Positions 10,611 to 20,913 of a stretch of DNA of 64,000 nt are shown piece after piece. This DNA is from an uncultured Actinomycetes bacterium (lineage in GTDB: Bacteria > Actinomycetota > Thermoleophilia > RBG-16-64-13): assembly GCA_963841735.1 (NCBI GenBank), contig CAWJDT010000005.1:1-64000 (forward strand), read 5' to 3'. The notes beneath the pieces were generated by a model. That model made no database searches and was not told the origin of the DNA. It saw only the letters and a list, made by a program, of their open reading frames with translations. Made by a program: the position numbers and the translations under genes. The stretch's first letter is position 1. Each line of letters opens with the position of its first letter.

Positions 10611-11246
10611 CTACTGGAGCTGCCCGCGGATCTCCCCCCCGCTGTGATCGAGAGTGCCCACGTTGAAGTAGATGGAGTCGGCAAGGATCAAGGTGACCAA
10701 GTCTTCGATGGTCTTTCCCTTGAGAGGGCCCTCCATGTCGGCCGCCGTGAAGGAACCTTGGGCGAGGACTCCGCTGAAGCTCCCGTTCTTGGGACCATCG
10801 TACAGAGTCATGATGGACCCCCCGGTCGCTCCCGACTTGCCTTCGCGCAGACGGGCGATCTGCACCCCCACGAGATCGGTGACACTAAATACGTAGTCCA
10901 CCGACGAACCGTCGTTCGCAATAGTGAAGGTCAGGGTGCCGGTGGCCGAAGTGGACACGGCGGGAATCTCTTCGTCCCCGGTGAGTACGGCGGTGAAGGT
11001 CATGGGGGCATCCACGGGGGTGCTTGTGGTCGAGGTGCCCAAGGTCGTCGTGGTCTCTGTACCACCGATCGTGGTTGTGGTCACGGTCCCTTCGCCTTCC
11101 GGGCAACCGATAGCCAAGCCGAGCACCACCGCCAGCAGGACGATGTAGGCCAAGGCCAAGCCCGGATTGCCCCTTTCCGTTCGCCTTCGGCGGCGGCGGT
11201 CACTCTGGCTGTCCGGCAGGTCGTATGAGGGCCGCTCCCGTTCCAT
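10611..11246 (-). CDS. CHRD-domain lipoprotein with Thr-rich linker
   Basis: LTGDEEIPAV.T.ATG...YFNV...GEIRGQL; lipobox AIGC. Confidence 0.85.
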   Translation of the reverse strand: MERERPSYDLPDSQSDRRRRRRTERGNPGLALAYIVLLAVVLGLAIGCPEGEGTVTTTTIGGTETTTTLGTSTTSTPVDAPMTFTAVLTGDEEIPAVSTSATGTLTFTIANDGSSVDYVFSVTDLVGVQIARLREGKSGATGGSIMTLYDGPKNGSFSGVLAQGSFTAADMEGPLKGKTIEDLVTLILADSIYFNVGTLDHSGGEIRGQLQ

Positions 11247-11294
11247 GATCCTCCTAGACTACCCGTCTCGTCCCTAATGCGGGGCTATGCGGGC

Positions 11295-11825
11295 CTAGTC
11301 TCCCTCCGGATAAGCCCAGTCGAGAAACTCTTGCGGCGCGTTAAAGAACTGAAGCCGAGGCAGCATGTCCTCCCAAGGCCCGTTCATATGGTCCATTATC
11401 ATCCAACCGCCGCTTTGCCAGCTGAACACCACCAGATAGACGTCGTCGCCTTCAGCCCACACGTAGGCACCTGCCAGATCGCCGAAGGTCCGGTGGTCGA
11501 AGACCTCTATTTGGGCCTGAGAAGAATACATGCCATAGGCGGCCACCAGGTTGATGATCTCCTCCGGCGTGATGGCAGGAAACGCACCGGCTGTGGAGTT
11601 CGGCGTCTCCAAAGGAGCCGTCGTCGGGGTCACCGCCGATGATGCGGTAGTGCCGGCCCCGGTGGTGACTTCGGCCGACGTACCCGTAGCCGTGGTGCTG
11701 GTCGCGACAGATGAACTCGCCCCGGTGGTGGAAGTCTCGGCCAGGTTTTCGCAACCGGCGGCCACGACCGTGCTGATAAATACGAGGGCAAGCAGAGTCA
11801 CCCGAGATCCTCGCAGCCGTCGCAT
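11295..11825 (-). CDS. Hypothetical lipoprotein with Thr/Ser-rich stalk
   Basis: Lipobox AAGC, GGAGG RBS. Confidence 0.75.
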   Translation of the reverse strand: MRRLRGSRVTLLALVFISTVVAAGCENLAETSTTGASSSVATSTTATGTSAEVTTGAGTTASSAVTPTTAPLETPNSTAGAFPAITPEEIINLVAAYGMYSSQAQIEVFDHRTFGDLAGAYVWAEGDDVYLVVFSWQSGGWMIMDHMNGPWEDMLPRLQFFNAPQEFLDWAYPEGD

Positions 11826-11886
11826 GCCCTACCTCCAGTTTATCGCTCGCCGATAGCATCAGCGTACTCCGCACGTCGCATCCACT

Positions 11887-11990
11887 TCAAGCCATGAGAT
11901 CGGCCTTGCGCCTAAGAAACTCCTCCTGGTCGATCTCGCCGCGGGCGTGGCGCTCCTCGAGTATGAGCAGCGCCGGTGATCCAGCCCGTC
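11887..11990 (-). pseudogene. C-terminal remnant of a SHOCT-domain gene
   Basis: Translates ALLILEERHARGEIDQEEFLRRKADLMA*; in-frame stop upstream and no start. Confidence 0.6.
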
Positions 11991-12104
11991 TGGGGGCCTG
12001 ACAACCACGCGCCTTTCAAGGTCGCTGCGTATATGGACGACATTCTGGGTAGCAATCCCTTGCTGCAATAGGCCTTTCGTCCCCAGAATAAGCCCGGAGT
12101 CGTC

Positions 12105-13247
12105 ATGGCGGACAACATACGCACCGGCCAATCGAGCGCCCGCGACTCCGCGACAGCGGTGCGCGAGCTTCACGACCAGTTGCTTCAGCCCGACGCCGGA
12201 CTCGTCGTGTTCTTCTGTGCCAGCCGCTACGATCTGGATGTCGTCGCCAGGGAGATCAACCGCCACTTCGTGGACGTTCAGGTGGTGGGCTGCACCACCG
12301 CGGGTGAGATAGGACCACTCGGCTATCTCGACCGAAGCATTGCGGGCGTCAGCTTTCCCTCCAACAGCTTCACGGCAGTGTCGGGACGCGTGGACCATCT
12401 GCAGGGCTTCACTTCTGGCCAAGGGGAAGCCCTGGTCGGTCGCCTGCTGGGGCGACTCGAGACCCTCGCTCCGTGGGCACAACAGAAGAGCATTTTTGCC
12501 TTCCAGATGATGGACGGCCTTTCCATGCGCGAGGAGACAGTTACACGCACTCTGCAGCACACTCTCGGAATGATCCCGCTGATGGGCGGATCGGCGGGCG
12601 ATGCCGAGCGCTTCGCCCACACCCACGTCTTCAGCGAGGGGAGTTTTCATGAAGACAGCGCGGTCTTGGTGCTCGCCGCGAGCTCCCTGCCTTTCATGAC
12701 CTTCTCCACACAGCACTTCACCGGTGCCGACCGGCGCGCGGTGGTAACAGCCGCGAACCCGTCCACCCGCACGGTGCTGGAGATAGACGCCCTCCCCGCC
12801 GCCGAAGGCTACTCCCGGCTGGTAGGAGTCGAGGCAACTGAGTTGAAACCCTCATTCTTCTCGTCACACCCTGTTGTGGTGCGCATAGGCGTGACCGACC
12901 ACGCCCGCGCGGTACAGAAGATCAACCCCGACGGGAGCCTCACCTTCTACTGCGCCATGGAGGAGGGTGTTGTGCTCCGGGCCGCCGTGCTAGGCGATCT
13001 GGTGACCGATCTGGTGGGCGCGTTTGTGCGCGTACGTCACGAGCTTGGTGATCCCAGCCTGGTCTTGACCTGCGACTGCCTCCTTCGCAGCCAAGAGATC
13101 ACACAACTGGGGCTGAGAGAGCGCGTCGCCGATATCTTCCGGCTCAACCATGCCGTCGGATTTGCCACCTACGGCGAGCAACTCCGCGGCGTTCACGTGA
13201 ATCAGACCCTTACCGGCATCGCCTTCGGCAGCACGGAGCAGACGTGA
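12105..13247 (+). CDS. FIST-domain sensor (NosP-like)
   Basis: VVGCTTAGEI, GGSAGD, L.FYCAM.EG, CDC.LR, GF.TYGEQ...HVNQT. Confidence 0.9.
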   Translation: MADNIRTGQSSARDSATAVRELHDQLLQPDAGLVVFFCASRYDLDVVAREINRHFVDVQVVGCTTAGEIGPLGYLDRSIAGVSFPSNSFTAVSGRVDHLQGFTSGQGEALVGRLLGRLETLAPWAQQKSIFAFQMMDGLSMREETVTRTLQHTLGMIPLMGGSAGDAERFAHTHVFSEGSFHEDSAVLVLAASSLPFMTFSTQHFTGADRRAVVTAANPSTRTVLEIDALPAAEGYSRLVGVEATELKPSFFSSHPVVVRIGVTDHARAVQKINPDGSLTFYCAMEEGVVLRAAVLGDLVTDLVGAFVRVRHELGDPSLVLTCDCLLRSQEITQLGLRERVADIFRLNHAVGFATYGEQLRGVHVNQTLTGIAFGSTEQT

Positions 13248-14398
13248 CAACAGACAACCCCCAAGCAGGCAAGCCCTCACCCGAAGAGCAGAGACTCCAC
13301 GAGGAAATCGCGCGGCTGGGCAAGATCGTCCGGGTGCTCATGGACCGGGTTGAGCGGAGCGCGACCGAAGGGGAGTCGGCGTTCGGGTTCTTCCAGACGA
13401 CGCTGGTACTCGAAGGCCTGGTGCAGAGACGAACCGAAGAGTTGGGGGCAGCCCTGGCTCGAACCAGGAAGATCGCGCGACAATTCGCGGAGTCTGAGGC
13501 TAGGTTCCGGGGCCTCGCGGAACAATCCCTGGCCGGCATAGCCATTATCGAGGCAGACGTGTTCACCTATGTGAACTCGCGCTTTGCCGAGACGTTCGGC
13601 TACAGCCGCCAGGAGATCATGGCCCTTCCTCTGCTGCAGACGGTTGCTCAAGCCAGCCGCCGGACCGTGGCGGAACACGCCCGCAAATGCCTCGCCGGCG
13701 AAGAACACGAGCCCCTACTCGACTACCAGGGACTCAAGAAGGACGGGTCGCACGCGGACATCGAGCTATCAAGCTCCCGCATGAAGGTCCACAACAAGGC
13801 GGCGCTCGTCTTGGTTGTCACCGACGTGACTGCCAGAAAGAGAGCGCAGCAGCAGGTACTGGCCCTCAACCGCCGTCTCGCCCAGCAGGCTATCCACGAC
13901 CCCCTCACCGGTCTCTACAACAGACGATACATGGAGGAATCGCTCGAGCGCGAGCTACTCCGGGCCAAGAGGAACGACACCCAAGTGAGCGTGGTAATGT
14001 GCGATCTCGATCACTTCAAGAACATTAACGACAAATACGGTCATCAGGCTGGTGACAAGGTGCTCAAGTCGTTCGGCGCGCTGGTCAAGCGGCGTTGTCG
14101 CGCCACCGACATCAGTTGCCGCTATGGCGGCGAGGAATTTCTGCTGGTGTTCCCCAACATGCCGGGCGACATCGCCTGCGAATGGGCCGAACACATGCGC
14201 GTGACCTTGGCCGAGACTCCTGTCGCCGACGGCGGTCACCAACTGAAAGTGACCGCTTCCTTCGGCGTAGCGGTCTACCCCACCCACGGCACCAATCCAA
14301 GCCAGCTCGTTTCCGCGGCCGACAGCGCCCAATACGCGGCCAAAGCGGCAGGTAGAAACCGAGTAGTGTGCGCACCCTCGCGGACAGGCGCGGCATAG
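13244..14398 (+). CDS. PAS + GGDEF diguanylate cyclase
   Basis: DPLTGLYNRR, DLDHFK.INDKYGH, RATD I-site, GGEEF; overlaps the FIST stop. Confidence 0.93.
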   Translation: MTTDNPQAGKPSPEEQRLHEEIARLGKIVRVLMDRVERSATEGESAFGFFQTTLVLEGLVQRRTEELGAALARTRKIARQFAESEARFRGLAEQSLAGIAIIEADVFTYVNSRFAETFGYSRQEIMALPLLQTVAQASRRTVAEHARKCLAGEEHEPLLDYQGLKKDGSHADIELSSSRMKVHNKAALVLVVTDVTARKRAQQQVLALNRRLAQQAIHDPLTGLYNRRYMEESLERELLRAKRNDTQVSVVMCDLDHFKNINDKYGHQAGDKVLKSFGALVKRRCRATDISCRYGGEEFLLVFPNMPGDIACEWAEHMRVTLAETPVADGGHQLKVTASFGVAVYPTHGTNPSQLVSAADSAQYAAKAAGRNRVVCAPSRTGAA

Positions 14399-14491
14399 CC
14401 GTGGGATAATTCAGTTTGACGCCGTATTCTGTTCTCCGCGAGTCCCTCGTTCCCCATTCGCGCCAAAGAAACCGCAGAGGAATGCATCCAT

Positions 14492-14953
14492 ATGAATCCC
14501 AAGTTCTTCCCACCGGGCGCGCAGAAGTCCATCGCCCTCATCGCCCACGACAACAAGAAGCAGGACCTGCTCGACTGGGCCCGCTTCAACCGCGGTACCC
14601 TGTCTACTCACAAGCTGTTTGCCACGGGCACCACCGGGGGCTTGTTGGAGAAGGAGCTCGAACTGAGCATCAACAAGCTAAAGAGCGGGCCCCTAGGCGG
14701 CGATCAACAGATCGGCGCCAAGATAGCCGAGGGCGAGATCGACGCGGTGATCTTCTTCTGGGACCCCCTCGAACCGCATCCCCACGACGTGGATGTCAAG
14801 GCTCTCCTGCGCATCGCGGTGGTCTACAACATCCCCATGGCGTGCAACCGTTCCACGGCTGACTTTCTGATCTCTTCGCCCCTCATGTCGGAGGCCTACG
14901 AGCAGTTCAGCAAGCAGACGGGCTTGGCCCAGGCGGAGAGTCCGGGCCGGTAG
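14492..14953 (+). CDS. mgsA: Methylglyoxal synthase
   Basis: [43 protein letters not shown]. Confidence 0.96.
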   Translation: MNPKFFPPGAQKSIALIAHDNKKQDLLDWARFNRGTLSTHKLFATGTTGGLLEKELELSINKLKSGPLGGDQQIGAKIAEGEIDAVIFFWDPLEPHPHDVDVKALLRIAVVYNIPMACNRSTADFLISSPLMSEAYEQFSKQTGLAQAESPGR

Positions 14954-15007
14954 GCGCTCGGCAGCACCCGCGGACCTAGGCGACGCGATACCCCGAAAGG
15001 AGACAGC

Positions 15008-15511
15008 ATGGAACGGCTATGGGCACCATGGCGAATGCAGTACGTAGGCCAGGAGAAACACCAGGGCTGCGTCTTCTGCGACAAGCCCCAGGCCGGTGAC
15101 GACCGGGAGACGTTCATCGTCCACCGCGGCAAGCTGGCCTACGTGATGCTCAACGCCTTTCCCTACAACAACGGGCATACCTTGGTGTTGCCCTTCGCTC
15201 ATCTCTCGTGCCTGGAGGACCTCCCCCCCGAGACCCTCCACGAGATGATGGATCTCGCCCAGCAGTGCGTGCGGGCCTTCAAGCTGGTGTTCAATCCCGA
15301 GGGCGTCAACCTGGGTTTCAACCTGGGAGCCGCGGCAGGGGCCGGCATCAAGGACCATCTTCACCTGCACCTGGTGCCGCGTTGGGCGGGCGACACCAAC
15401 TTCATGCCGGTGGTGGCCGACGTCCGCGTCATACCGCAGGCGCTGAGCCAGACCTACGACCTGCTACTGGAGGCGTTCACCACTCTGGAGAGCACGGTGA
15501 ACGAGCGCTGA
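15008..15511 (+). CDS. HIT family protein (Ap4A phosphorylase-like)
   Basis: LWAPWR, CVFC, LN.FPYNNGH, HLHLHLVPRW.GD.NF. Confidence 0.92.
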   Translation: MERLWAPWRMQYVGQEKHQGCVFCDKPQAGDDRETFIVHRGKLAYVMLNAFPYNNGHTLVLPFAHLSCLEDLPPETLHEMMDLAQQCVRAFKLVFNPEGVNLGFNLGAAAGAGIKDHLHLHLVPRWAGDTNFMPVVADVRVIPQALSQTYDLLLEAFTTLESTVNER

Positions 15512-15566
15512 CACAAAGAGCCACGCCCCGCGTCTCGGGTCGTCTGCCGGCGTACCGACTTCCGTA

Positions 15567-17042
15567 CTAGGTCGCTCTCGCTCTCTTGAAATCGATGAAG
15601 CCCCGTTCGACGTCCACGGATGTCAATTCCACCCGCACCCGGTCGCCGACATCCACGCCCTCGAACCCTTGAGCCAGTTTCCCCTCGATGGGTAGCTTGA
15701 GAAGCCGCACCCATGTGCCCTTGGGCGCGGCGCCGGTGACAATGGCATCAGACTGTTCGCCGATCCGCTCTCGAAGGAGCAGCGCCGCCGCCGATTTGCT
15801 CACCTGCCGCTCGACTTTGTTTGCGGCGTTCTCTTGCTTGGAGCAGTGAGTCGCCAGAACCACCAGCTCGTCACCGGTGTATGGCGAAGGCTTACCTTCG
15901 ATGGCGGCCTTGAGCAGACGTTGAGTCAGCAGATCGGCGTAGCGGCGATTTGGAGCGGTGGAATGCGAGTAGTCCTTGACCGCCAGACCAAAGTGTCCCG
16001 GCGCCTCTTCGCCCGGCAGTTCCGCGGTGTATACGCCCGCGCCCAAGAGCTTGATCACAGCGAGTGACAAGTCGGGGAAGTGCAACGGATCGGCGGCCTT
16101 TTGCTTGGTCAGGAATCCCTCCAACGCTTCCGAGTCTGGTTCGCGGGGCAGCGTGTACCCCCGTTCGCCAGCGATCGCGACGATCCGCTCCCATCGTTCT
16201 GGGGTACGAACCACTCGGCGGATAGACGGAAGCCTTCTCGAGGCGAGAAACCGAGCGGTCACGCCGTTAGCCGCGATCATGACATTCTCGATCAGCTCCT
16301 TGGCGCGGTTCCTCTCCTCCACCCTGAGATCGCTGACATTATCGCCCTCGAAGACCGGCTGGGCTTCGATGGTCTCCAGAGTAAGTGCCCCGTGAATACG
16401 CCGCAGATTCTTCATGCTCTGAGCGGCCCCATCCTGCAGACGTAGGTTGGCGGCCAATCCGTCCACGGCAGCAATGGCCTCAGACTCGGTCCCGTTGACC
16501 TCCAACCAGGCGGCAACACTGTCATACGCAAGCTTCGCGTGATTGCGAACGCGCGCCCGATAGACGTCGGAATCCAGAATGGACCCATCCCCGGCAACAA
16601 CCATCTCAATGACAAGAGCGAGCCGTTCCTCGTCTGCGTTGAGCGACGTGAGGCCTGTGGACAGCCTCTCGGGGAGCATGGAGAAGATCTGGGCCGCGGT
16701 GTAAACCGTGGTCGTGTTGTGTTGGGCATGATCGTCGATGGCCGACCCATCTTTGACAAGCGCCCCCACGTCGGCCACGGCCACCAGGATCTTCACCTTG
16801 TCGTCGGGCATCGCCTCGGCAACCGTGAGCTGATCCAGATCTAGCGAGTCATCGTTGTCGATGGAGGCCCACGGAAGGCCCGTGAGATCGCGCGAGAACT
16901 CACCGTCTGTCGCGAAATCCGCGGTCGCGCCCGCCTGCATATTGTCTACCTCGGCCAGCACCGACGCCGAGAAGTCTGGCAGCAGGCCGCGCTCGAGCAT
17001 CGCTCTGCGAGCGATGCTCCGCAGTACGGCGCGGTCAGACAC
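15567..17042 (-). CDS. RNB-domain (RNase II family) exoribonuclease, short form
   Basis: SIDNDDSLDLDQ, HFGLA...YSHSTAPNRRYAD, C-terminal S1-like domain. Confidence 0.9.
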   Translation of the reverse strand: MSDRAVLRSIARRAMLERGLLPDFSASVLAEVDNMQAGATADFATDGEFSRDLTGLPWASIDNDDSLDLDQLTVAEAMPDDKVKILVAVADVGALVKDGSAIDDHAQHNTTTVYTAAQIFSMLPERLSTGLTSLNADEERLALVIEMVVAGDGSILDSDVYRARVRNHAKLAYDSVAAWLEVNGTESEAIAAVDGLAANLRLQDGAAQSMKNLRRIHGALTLETIEAQPVFEGDNVSDLRVEERNRAKELIENVMIAANGVTARFLASRRLPSIRRVVRTPERWERIVAIAGERGYTLPREPDSEALEGFLTKQKAADPLHFPDLSLAVIKLLGAGVYTAELPGEEAPGHFGLAVKDYSHSTAPNRRYADLLTQRLLKAAIEGKPSPYTGDELVVLATHCSKQENAANKVERQVSKSAAALLLRERIGEQSDAIVTGAAPKGTWVRLLKLPIEGKLAQGFEGVDVGDRVRVELTSVDVERGFIDFKRARAT

Positions 17043-17541
17043 CCCGCAAAGCTTCCTTCAGATCGACGATGGTGTCCACGGCCGCCGGATCGACGAAGGC
17101 CACGTCCGCGCCGGCCTGGAAGCTGGGTGTAGCAGGAAGGAAAGACCTCCCCTTGCCTCCGGACAGCTCAAAACCCATCACGGCGCCGGTCTCGGGATCG
17201 AAGAAGAAGTCCTCGATCTTGCCCAACTCCCGGCCGTCGGTGGTTTCTACCCGTACCCCGACGAGCACGGTGCCGCCGTCAAGGACCTCGCTCATCTCCG
17301 GGATCTCCGAGGCTTTCTTGGCGCTCGCCTCCTCGTCTATGATGACGGCGTCCAGACCGACGGCGCGAAAAGCCGCCCAGGGCACGACCTTGGCTTCCTT
17401 GAACCATCCGGCTTCATCCACCAAGATGCCAAGGACTCGGCTACCTTGGAGGTCGAGGACCAGGTCCTCTACTTTGCCCACATTCTCCCCGGTGTCCCGG
17501 GTGATCACCGGCAGGCTGCCGGCATCTTTGCCTTTGCGCAT
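17035..17541 (-). CDS. Tandem PRC-barrel protein
   Basis: Two G..VGKVEDL / GRELGKIEDF repeats. Confidence 0.85.
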   Translation of the reverse strand: MRKGKDAGSLPVITRDTGENVGKVEDLVLDLQGSRVLGILVDEAGWFKEAKVVPWAAFRAVGLDAVIIDEEASAKKASEIPEMSEVLDGGTVLVGVRVETTDGRELGKIEDFFFDPETGAVMGFELSGGKGRSFLPATPSFQAGADVAFVDPAAVDTIVDLKEALRGV

Positions 17542-17554
17542 GGTCGCCGCCTTT

Positions 17555-17668
17555 CTACAAGATCGTGCCTGTCGCCCACAACACTACAAACACGACGACG
17601 GCGATGATAATGACTGTGAGGACAAGCCACGGCCATCTTGGGGCCCGCTTGCCCATGACTCTTGGCAT
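17555..17668 (-). CDS. 37 aa single-TM small protein
   Basis: AAGGAGG RBS then MPRVMGKRAPRWPWLVLTVIIIAVVVFVVLWATGTIL. Confidence 0.6.
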   Translation of the reverse strand: MPRVMGKRAPRWPWLVLTVIIIAVVVFVVLWATGTIL

Positions 17669-17717
17669 CACGCCCTCCTTTCGCCCGGAAGCCCGAAGGC
17701 CCGGGAATCCGAGCAAC

Positions 17718-17981
17718 TCAACTACGTCTACTCCTGCCTCGGCCCCGGATGAGCCCCAGGATGAAGAGAAGCACGATCGCCCCACCGACCGCCACCGCGA
17801 AACTCCGCCAGTTCCATCCGGTCACGCCAACCTCGCCGAACTGGTTCATGATGAACCCGCCCAGCAGCGCTCCCACGATGCCCACGATGACGCTGTAGAT
17901 GATGCCGCCACCACCGCCCATAAGAAAGCCGGCCACCAAGCCGGCCAGTCCACCAAACAGAACCCACGAGAGAAGGCCCAT
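17718..17981 (-). CDS. GlsB/YeaQ/YmgE family stress-response membrane protein
   Basis: MGLLSWVLFGGLAG..A..LMG...GIVGALLGG...AV.GAIVLL. Confidence 0.88.
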   Translation of the reverse strand: MGLLSWVLFGGLAGLVAGFLMGGGGGIIYSVIVGIVGALLGGFIMNQFGEVGVTGWNWRSFAVAVGGAIVLLFILGLIRGRGRSRRS

Positions 17982-18172
17982 AGCAAACCCTTCTGATAAT
18001 CGTTTGCGCTGGTGAAGTATTACCTGCAATCATCCATAGCCAAACCCGACCCCTCCCCGCCACCCTCGGCCGCCGCGGATTTCTTCCGTTTGGCCATGTA
18101 CGCCGAAGGGAAGACTACCTCTGGTCATACCTTCCAACAGACATCGCCATGCAGCGATGAGGAGGCAAGGTC

Positions 18173-18442
18173 ATGTGGGTCCAGACCGGACCATATCAAC
18201 AAAGTAGTCTCTATTGGCTCATCGCTCTGATTGTGGTCTTCGTCATAGCGCTCATCGCACTCTTCGTCGCCATGGCGGCGCTTTCCCGAGCCAAGGTGGG
18301 CGCACAGGCGGGTACGGCGCACTCGCAGGGAACTGTACCGGGAGCGGAATCCAACAGGATGCTGGACGAACGCTACGCCAAGGGAGAGATCAGTCGCGAG
18401 GAGTACATGCAAAGACAGACAGATCTCAAGTCAAAGCCCTGA
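18173..18442 (+). CDS. SHOCT-domain membrane protein
   Basis: TM + LDERYAKGEISREEY. Confidence 0.85.
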   Translation: MWVQTGPYQQSSLYWLIALIVVFVIALIALFVAMAALSRAKVGAQAGTAHSQGTVPGAESNRMLDERYAKGEISREEYMQRQTDLKSKP

Positions 18443-18530
18443 GGAAGAACGCTCGGCGTGCGGATGAATGGGCGGAACATCAAGACGAGGTCGGCAAGAG
18501 CTAGATCTCTCCCAATGGAGGTGGATTCGG

Positions 18531-18617
18531 ATGGATATGTGGCTGGTGATTCTGATCATAGTGTTGGTGGTGTTGGTACTCGGCGGAGGCGGCTGGGGCT
18601 GGAGCCGCAGGCGCTGA
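18531..18617 (+). CDS. 28 aa single-TM small protein
   Basis: GGAGG RBS; MDMWLVILIIVLVVLVLGGGGWGWSRRR*. Confidence 0.65.
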   Translation: MDMWLVILIIVLVVLVLGGGGWGWSRRR

Positions 18618-18685
18618 TAGCCGTGGCGGTGGTGAGAACCCCGCCCTACCGCTGTAGTTTCCAATAGACGGAGGTCTGGCAAGAC

Positions 18686-18958
18686 ATGTACATAGGCACC
18701 GCGATATTCCTTATGGCAGTGGGCGCGGTTCTCCGCTGGGCCGTCAGCTGGGAGCCGACCGGCTTCAACGTCCAAACAGCCGGTCTGATCATATTCTTGG
18801 TCGGGATCCTCGGCCTCGTGACCACCCTCATTCTGTGGACCACCCGGCGACGTTCGCACGATATCAGCCGCATTGACCGCGTTGACACGGTCACCACGGC
18901 CCAGGACTACCGGCCGGACGACGATGCGCCTCTCCCCCCCGGAAGCCGGGGCTTCTAA
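18686..18958 (+). CDS. Small 2-TM actinobacterial protein (DUF6458-like)
   Basis: IG.AIFL.AVGAVL.WAV....G.N....G.I...VG; GGAGG RBS. Confidence 0.75.
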   Translation: MYIGTAIFLMAVGAVLRWAVSWEPTGFNVQTAGLIIFLVGILGLVTTLILWTTRRRSHDISRIDRVDTVTTAQDYRPDDDAPLPPGSRGF

Positions 18959-19064
18959 GCGGCGGCTCGGGAGACTGAAGACTGTGACGCCCTGGCTGCC
19001 TTCTAGGGCCCAAACGGGGTCCTAGGGCAGTTATGGCAGGTTGAACCCAGCCAGAGCCGGATCA

Positions 19065-19553
19065 CTAAGATGGTCGCGAAGCGTCCTTGTCTTCTTCGAG
19101 CCGCGCCCCCAGGGAGACAAGGCCTCGCTTCAGGGCCTCGACCTCCCCGGTGAGATGCTCCAACAGAAGCTCCGCCTTGACGTTCACCTGAAAGTCGTTC
19201 TCCGCCCGCAACCTGTCCCTGGTCTCCAAGCGTTTCTGGCTCATCATGATCACCGGGGCCTGCACAGCAGCTACGCACGAAAGCACCAGGTTGAGAAGAA
19301 TGAACGGATAGACATCCCAGTGATGAACAGCGCCCACGACATTCAGAGTCATCCAGACGACGATGACAAGCATGAACCCTGTGATGAAGCGCCAGCTGCC
19401 CACGGCGTCGGCCAGAGAGTCGGCCATGCGATCACCCAGGGTGCGCCGCTCTTCCTCCAACACGTTGACGTCCGCCGCCGTGCGATGTAGAAGAAGCTCG
19501 CTAACCTGCGATTCCAGGCTGTGAAGCCGCTTTGTCAACTTGTGGTCTTCCAT
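19065..19553 (-). CDS. DUF1003 membrane protein
   Basis: D.MAD...GSW.FI, WD.YPFILLNL.LS..AA.QAP.IMMSQ. Confidence 0.9.
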   Translation of the reverse strand: MEDHKLTKRLHSLESQVSELLLHRTAADVNVLEEERRTLGDRMADSLADAVGSWRFITGFMLVIVVWMTLNVVGAVHHWDVYPFILLNLVLSCVAAVQAPVIMMSQKRLETRDRLRAENDFQVNVKAELLLEHLTGEVEALKRGLVSLGARLEEDKDASRPS

Positions 19554-19620
19554 CTGAGTCACCTCCCCTGTCGGCGCCGGCTCCGCATCGCCCACGCGGA
19601 GTTGCGACGCACCCATGATC

Positions 19621-20757
19621 CTACGCGGCTGCGTCCTTCGCCTTCCTGCCCCATCTCTTCCCCTTATTTGCGGCAGTACTTCCCCCTCCGCCAGTCAAAA
19701 AGAGTGACAGAGAACGTGTGCTCTCGTACGAATCCAAGAAGAGTAGCTTGACCATCAAGGTGAGAGGGACTGATATCAAGGCCCCCACCGGACCCAGCAC
19801 CCAAGCCCAGAAGACCACCGACAAGAAAACGGCCAGAGTGGTCAGACCCACGCTCCTACCCATGAAGCGGGGAGCCATCATGTTGTCCACAATGCCGTTC
19901 AGCACCACTATCACCACTACAAGCAGCAGCGCCCTGGTGAAACCCGCCTCGAGCAGGGTGACGGCGAATGGAGGTATCACCGAGATGATAAAGCCCAGGT
20001 TCGGTATGAAACTGAGCACGAAGAAGACCATGCCCCAGAGCAGGGCGAAGTCAACACCGAAGGCGTAGTACACGCCTGTGCTGATCGCCGCCGCGATGAT
20101 GGCAAGCCACCCCTTTGTGAAAAGGTACGACCGGGTGACCTCTCCAAACCTCTTGAAGCTCTCCTCAAACCGTCTTGACAGCTTGAGCTGGGCATACATC
20201 TTGCGGGGGAACGAGTACACCTGCGACAACATGAACACTATGACCATGATCATCAGGAAGATGCTGCTTAGGGCCCCCATCACCGATCCGAGGAACGAGG
20301 ATACATAGCCTGTGATTCTCGCGGGGGTAAGGATGTCGGTCAGAAATCCCGTTGCGTCGACCCCGTGGCCCGCGAACCATGTTTCGATATCCGAGAATCT
20401 GCGGCTCAGATTGCCCTGGTAGATAGTGAGCCGTGCGTCGAGTTGCCCAACATACGAGAGCATCACCGCCACGAACGCGCCCGCGATCACCAGAAAGCCC
20501 ACCAGCACGACGGTGATGGTGAGCCAGGCAGGCACCCCCTTGCGCCGCAGCCAATCGAGCACCGGGCTGAGGCCCATCACCACGAACAAGGCGACCAGCA
20601 GTGTGTTGATGATGACGGCGGCGTACCGCATGCCCATAATCACGATCACTGTGCAGGCAAGGCCCAAGAGCAGCGACGTGGGATTATCGCGCATAAGCGA
20701 CGCGGCTCTGCCCTTGCCCGCGCCATCGGCAGCAGCAGCGTCGACGCCGGGCGCCAC
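19621..20757 (-). CDS. AI-2E family transporter
   Basis: Multi-TM; FIPNLG, PRFMG..VGL, WAWVLGPVGALISVPLT. Confidence 0.9.
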   Translation of the reverse strand: MAPGVDAAAADGAGKGRAASLMRDNPTSLLLGLACTVIVIMGMRYAAVIINTLLVALFVVMGLSPVLDWLRRKGVPAWLTITVVLVGFLVIAGAFVAVMLSYVGQLDARLTIYQGNLSRRFSDIETWFAGHGVDATGFLTDILTPARITGYVSSFLGSVMGALSSIFLMIMVIVFMLSQVYSFPRKMYAQLKLSRRFEESFKRFGEVTRSYLFTKGWLAIIAAAISTGVYYAFGVDFALLWGMVFFVLSFIPNLGFIISVIPPFAVTLLEAGFTRALLLVVVIVVLNGIVDNMMAPRFMGRSVGLTTLAVFLSVVFWAWVLGPVGALISVPLTLMVKLLFLDSYESTRSLSLFLTGGGGSTAANKGKRWGRKAKDAAA

Positions 20758-20913
20758 CGGCTCGCTCGTCGTCTGGCCTGTCGCGCTCGCGGCTTCCTTC
20801 GGTGGCTTGGCTGATGATTTGTCGGTGTGGCTGATGCGGTCCGCCCCCTGTCTGGTCTACGTCCTGCTAGATATCACACATCCGGTCAGGCCGCCAGGAC
20901 CAGGCCCCCGACG

